This document shows positions 59,837-64,000 of a stretch of DNA of 64,000 nt, piece after piece. Source of the stretch: an uncultured delta proteobacterium (GTDB taxonomy: Bacteria; Myxococcota; Myxococcia; Myxococcales; Myxococcaceae); NCBI GenBank assembly GCA_963713045.1, contig CAVQKE010000004.1, positions 768,001 through 832,000 of the forward strand. Direction: 5' to 3'. Numbering within the stretch: position 1 is the first letter of the stretch; every line of letters begins with the position of its first letter. The position numbers and the translations under genes are program-made. The notes below the pieces were generated by a model that did no database searches, was not told the DNA's origin, and saw only the letters and a list, made by a program, of their open reading frames with translations.

Positions 59837-61057
59837 CTACTCGTCGCAGCTCCCGAACATCTCGTCCATCACTTTGGACGTCTTGTCGCAAGCGTGGTTC
59901 AGGCAGGGGAGGCCGAAGCCAGCCTCAAGCGTTCGAAGCAGCGAGTAGTGGTCGTATGGGGTGCTGACCACACGGCCGTTGGGCGCGTAGTTGGTCTCAA
60001 CCAACATGACGACGCGATTCGCCGCATTCGAGTAATCGTTCTCGTCCCACGTCAGCACAATGACGTTGCGGCCTTCTTTCCACGCCCGCGAAGCCTTGAT
60101 GCCCTTGACCAGTTTCTCCACCTCGGCGTCGCCTTGGGCGATGAGAAGATTTGTTTCGGTTTGCGTGTTGGCGCTGCAGATTGGGGTGCCGCCCGAGACG
60201 AAACCATGCATGTCATGGCACTGATTCGGAACGATGAAGGCCAAGGCTGGAATCTCACGCTGCAGATCTGCCCAAAAGCCGCGATCGCCATCGAAATCCT
60301 GAACACGCTCAAGGCTCAGCTCCGGGTTGTCGCCAACTTCAATGTTCTGAAAGTAGACGAAGGGATCGTGCTTGACAGCGTAGAGCTTCTGAATCGGCCC
60401 TGGTGCAAATACCGAAGTGGGGCTCATGCTCGAGTAACTGCCATCCGAATAATTGATGCCGAACACGCCAGGCTGAACGGTGGGCAGGCTCTCCTGGTAC
60501 GTCTTCCAGCGGCGGCCGGTTTCTACGAGCTGATCTGCGATTGACTTGGGCGTGAAGTACGTCGACGGGTAATCGTAAAGAGCGCAGTTGTTGGGAACAG
60601 GAGCCCCAGTAATGGTCAGCTGGCCGTTGCACTGGCTGTCATTGGTCGCAGTGGCTACGACCCCATTGTCAAGACCGGCGACCGCAATCGGAGTTACCGC
60701 ATTCTCGCAGCCGGTACTGTTCGGTGCGTTGTCGATACACCCAAGGTTGACCCAATTCGGCCAGTAGTCATTCGAGACGCCGAAGTTCGACCCTCCCATC
60801 ACTTCCAAATAGTTCGGTGCACTCGGGTGCCCAACGGCGAAGTAGTTTGAAGCGCGATTTGTGACCTGAGCGTACGCGTTGATGAAGGGCGCATTCGGAT
60901 TTCCAAGAATGTCGGTGTCCGTTTGGTTCTCCATCATGATGAAGAAGACGTGGTCGAGTCGTCCAAATCGACTCTTTGGCTCACCATTGTCCCAAGCACG
61001 AGCTGTGGTGCTCGCGAGCACAGCCGCCGCTGCGAAGACGACTAGCCTTCTGTTCAT
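59837..61057 (-). CDS. Secreted phosphoesterase (acid phosphatase/PLC family)
   Basis: HVFFIMMENQ, HPSAPNY, YAVKHDPF, PNQCHDMH, TWDE, YDHYSLLRT. Confidence 0.9.
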   Translation of the reverse strand: MNRRLVVFAAAAVLASTTARAWDNGEPKSRFGRLDHVFFIMMENQTDTDILGNPNAPFINAYAQVTNRASNYFAVGHPSAPNYLEVMGGSNFGVSNDYWPNWVNLGCIDNAPNSTGCENAVTPIAVAGLDNGVVATATNDSQCNGQLTITGAPVPNNCALYDYPSTYFTPKSIADQLVETGRRWKTYQESLPTVQPGVFGINYSDGSYSSMSPTSVFAPGPIQKLYAVKHDPFVYFQNIEVGDNPELSLERVQDFDGDRGFWADLQREIPALAFIVPNQCHDMHGFVSGGTPICSANTQTETNLLIAQGDAEVEKLVKGIKASRAWKEGRNVIVLTWDENDYSNAANRVVMLVETNYAPNGRVVSTPYDHYSLLRTLEAGFGLPCLNHACDKTSKVMDEMFGSCDE

Positions 61058-61728
61058 GTTTTTCCCCCTCCGGGTTGGGGAGGTGGACGTCGCATCTAGA
61101 GATGACGCGCGCGTGATCGCTCCGCAACAAATGAGCGCGCTCGCAAGCGAAGCGCTCAGCTAGGGCTTTCATCGCGAGGCCCCTTTGCCGGGCGCGGTAC
61201 CACGTCTCGCTAACTGCAACCGTGGTCGGAGAGGCACGTCGACAGAAAGGCAGTCGCGGTGGGGCTTCCCCAACGCGGTGCGGCGCCTCAACGAGGCGCT
61301 CGAGCTGTTTCTCGTGGGTATGAGGGGCTGGGACGCGGCGCCCAAAATGGTGCGAACGCTGGCCGGTGACCGACGCGGAGCGTCAATACTTAACTTGGTC
61401 GGCCCACTGCACCGCTCCGTCAAGTGACTGCGCTCTATGCGAAGACGGCCGACGAAGACGTCCGCGCGCCCTCTCAAAGCTGCCGCCGACTGTCCCGCGC
61501 GAAAGCGACGCTCAGAAGCCCGCACAGGACAGCTCTAACGATGACCCGGGAATCTAGTGTTTCTACCAGTTCCACCACCTGGGAAAGTTGGGGGTTACGC
61601 GAAGCCCGCGGATTTACCGGTGGTCGCTCGAGAAACAAGCCTGCGCTTGTTGCGCGATCCGCGCGGCTTGGCCGTCGACCGGCAACAGAATCTGCAGGGC
61701 GAGTGAGGGCTGCTCCAGCAAAGACGCC

Positions 61729-61764
61729 TTGACTATGTCGCACATTTCCAGAAACATAGAAATG
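61729..61764 (+). promoter_or_regulatory. Putative ArsR-type operator/promoter upstream of arsN2
   Basis: TTGACT then inverted repeat CATTTCCA-gaaaca-TAGAAATG. Confidence 0.5.
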
Positions 61765-61844
61765 ATGCCGCTTCGTGTGTCTCTGTTACTGTGGCGGGCT
61801 CACTCGCAGTCGACGATGAGAGCAACCAGGGAGAAGAGGCTCGC

Positions 61845-62297
61845 ATGAGATTCTTGCCAGCACGGCCCTCGGATTGGCCCGACGTCAAGAGTCTCCTGCT
61901 GTCGCGGGGGCTCCCAGTCGCGGGCGCTGAGGACCATTTGACCGGCTTCGTCGTGGCTCGTGACGAGGGAGGGATTCTCAGGGGCGTGGCTGGCTTAGAG
62001 GTGCACGACGGCGTTGGACTGCTCCGCTCAGTAGCGGTCCGGGCGGATGCCGGGGGCAAGGGTCTCGGCAGCCTTCTGACGCGAGCGGTCGTCAAGCGTA
62101 CCCAGGAACTTGGCCTCCGCAACGTTTACCTGCTCACGACGACGGCCGCCGCGTTTTTTGAGCGACGCGGATTCGAGCCGGTCCCTCGCGACGCGCTCCC
62201 GACGAGCCTTGGCGCCTCGCGTGAACTCCAGGACGCCTGCCCAGCTAGCGCCACCGCCATGGGCTTAGCGGCCGAGCGAGGGACTAGCGAAAGATGA
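61845..62297 (+). CDS. arsN2: Arsenic-resistance N-acetyltransferase ArsN2-like
   Basis: GLPVAG, GLLRSVAV, YLLTTTAAAFF, CPASATAM. Confidence 0.85.
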   Translation: MRFLPARPSDWPDVKSLLLSRGLPVAGAEDHLTGFVVARDEGGILRGVAGLEVHDGVGLLRSVAVRADAGGKGLGSLLTRAVVKRTQELGLRNVYLLTTTAAAFFERRGFEPVPRDALPTSLGASRELQDACPASATAMGLAAERGTSER

Positions 62298-62743
62298 GCA
62301 ACTTCGCCACCCTCCTCCTAGCGCTCCTTGGCCTGGCTGGCGGGGCTTGCCTCGTCGTGCAGGCGAGCCTCAATGCGGGACTGAGAACACACCTCGGCTC
62401 TGTCGGCTGGGCTGGGTTCATCAGCTACGTCGGCGGCACCCTAGCCATGGCAGTTTCGCTCCTGGTGGGGCGGGTGCCACTGCCCGACGCGAATGCCAAG
62501 GCAACTCCGGTCATTTGGTGGCTCGGAGGTCTCTTCGGTGCCGCCTATCTCGGCGCTTCCATTGTCCTTGTACCGCGCGTCGGGGCTGCGACCGCAATAG
62601 CGCTCGTCGTGGCAGGCCAGCTTGTGTGCTCGCTCCTGCTCGACCAATACGGCTTCCTCGGAGTGCCTCAACACTCCTTCACAGTCACCCGCGCGCTTGG
62701 AGCACTGCTGCTCTTTGGAGGGGTGCTTCTCATCCGTCGCTGA
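62294..62743 (+). CDS. DMT family transporter (YdcZ/DUF606)
   Basis: QASLN..L, WWLGGLFGA, PRVGA, GQL..SLLLDQYG. Confidence 0.88.
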   Translation: MSNFATLLLALLGLAGGACLVVQASLNAGLRTHLGSVGWAGFISYVGGTLAMAVSLLVGRVPLPDANAKATPVIWWLGGLFGAAYLGASIVLVPRVGAATAIALVVAGQLVCSLLLDQYGFLGVPQHSFTVTRALGALLLFGGVLLIRR

Positions 62744-63146
62744 CTCCCAGAGGTGCTGTCTGCGGCGAAGCGCGCCGGGTGTCGCAAACCTGTCACCACG
62801 CGTCCGTCCCCGCAAATCTGGTTCCTGAGGTCAGCCCAACGAGGACTTGACGTCATCCCTTTGCTGGAAGGTTAGAAGGATGCACGGCAAGGAAGCAACC
62901 GCCTCGCTGGGTTGGCTTCGGAGCCGTGGCTCGCCGTGTATTGGCTCGTCGGGACCATCGCTCCAGCGCCAGACTTTTCCAAAATTCAAACGTCATCGAG
63001 GGGTTTATGCCTGACGAATCAAGGAAGAGCGCTCATCTGAGCAAAGCTGCATGGAACGCTCGGCTTTCTGTTGACAGCGGCTTTCACGATTTGGATCAGT
63101 CGGCAGCAACGAGCCACTTGAGAGCGAGCAACTCAGGGTCCCAAGG

Positions 63147-63299
63147 ATGGCGAAACTGACCGCCCGACCGCTTACCGCTGCAGGCGTTCTGAACGTGATG
63201 CTTTGGGTAATCATCGTAGGTGTAGCGCTTGGCATTGGGATCTGGACCATCCGGGCGAGCCGGCAACCGGGCGTTCCGTCGGTTTGGGAACCAGATTGA
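63147..63299 (+). CDS. Small single-TM protein (50 aa)
   Basis: MAKLTARP..VMLWVIIVGVALGIGIW; below the ORF-track cutoff. Confidence 0.35.
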   Translation: MAKLTARPLTAAGVLNVMLWVIIVGVALGIGIWTIRASRQPGVPSVWEPD

Positions 63300-63710
63300 C
63301 CGTTCGAGTGCCTAGGGGGCGTGCGTGGCCTCTGTTCGAATGCGTTTTCTGGCTGCCGCCCGGCAATCGAAGCGTGCAAGCGACCGTCTTCAACGTAGCC
63401 CGCCTGCAGCGGCGGGTCGAGCCTCGGAGTTTTGGCGGCTGTGGGTGGTGTGGGCCTCCACCGAGGCCGCTCCGGAAGCTTCTGCGGCCGCCGGGCCGCA
63501 AGGGCCTCCTTGAGGCATGTGCCCAGAGCGTGCGCCTGCATGGGCGTGCACTCAAAAGGACCGCGCGTCAGGAGCCTTCACTTTCGGGGGGCGGTGAGAG
63601 AGCCCAGTTTTCCAGTAGTCTGGTCTCGAAGATGGCAAGCGCTTTCCCGACTGTCACGCAGCTGTCACGGCGCCGGTCGCTCCCCCGTCCTGGTGGACTT
63701 TCACACCGGA

Positions 63711-63738
63711 TTGACTTACATTCGAAAATACTAGAAGG
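63711..63738 (+). promoter_or_regulatory. Putative arsR promoter/operator
   Basis: TTGACT followed by CATTCGAAAATACTAGAAGG, similar to the 61743 site. Confidence 0.45.
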
Positions 63739-63747
63739 ATGGAATCG

Positions 63748-64000
63748 ATGAAGACGAAGCAAGCAATCGACGCGCTTGGAGCCCTGGCTCAGAGCACCCG
63801 GCTCGACATCTACCGACTGCTGGTTCAGAAGGGTCCAGAAGGGCTCTCTGCGGGCGCCATCGCGCAGAAGCTTGAAGTCCCTGCCTCGTCGCTTTCGTTT
63901 CACCTTCACCAGCTGATGCACGCAGGCCTCATCAACCAGGCGCGCGAGAGCCGCCAGCTCTTCTACGCCGCCAACTTCGAGAGGATGAACGCTCTTGTCG
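63748..64000 (+). CDS. arsR: ArsR/SmtB family regulator (runs off window end)
   Basis: ALGALAQSTRLDIYRLLVQKGPEGLSAG.IA..L.VP.SSLSFHL..L..AGL. Confidence 0.9.
   Translation, partial: MKTKQAIDALGALAQSTRLDIYRLLVQKGPEGLSAGAIAQKLEVPASSLSFHLHQLMHAGLINQARESRQLFYAANFERMNALV

Noticed and set aside
1917..60544. Many long antisense or alternate-frame ORFs in the track (e.g. 1917-2903, 7721-8995, 15113-16120, 34089-35207, 46780-47715)
   Set aside because: Arg/Pro/Ala-rich shadow ORFs typical of high-GC DNA, overlapping better-supported genes
61230..61427. HicB-like antitoxin remnant (RLNEALELFL)
   Set aside because: Only a 10-residue resemblance with no convincing N-terminus or partner

Overview
High-GC bacterial accessory region. 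The Cys-rich lipoproteins and the IS66 and excisionase types suggest Myxococcota (inference). Positions 1-15 kb are a mosaic of decayed mobile DNA and small secreted or stress genes: an IS3-family element nested in an older related copy, an IS66 with an unusual 11-bp duplication, two excisionase-like genes, and tRNA-Arg(CCT) 3' fragments. Positions 15.9-32.8 kb hold an aryl-polyene/flexirubin-like type II PKS/FAS cluster. It has 2 KS, 2 CLF-like proteins, ACP, 2 KR, a tyrosine-type ammonia-lyase with AMP ligase, a flavin halogenase-like enzyme, a GT2-acyltransferase fusion, MMPL/LolA export and a polysaccharide deacetylase. No dehydratase is visible and one KR has lost its catalytic YxxxK. Three frameshifts in the cluster are all AGATC>AGAATC and are probably read errors. 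Positions 33-39 kb contain a ~0.8 kb duplication with an inverted 153-bp leader, toxin-antitoxin genes and two more tRNA-Arg fragments. Positions 39-64 kb carry metabolic and stress genes, including glycogen debranching, a multicopper oxidase, GST, YgiD, an oxalate-use module, a Pcm-esterase fusion, a phosphoesterase, arsN2 and arsR. No intact tRNA or rRNA, CRISPR array or integrase was seen. All assignments come from reading motifs by eye, with no database searches.
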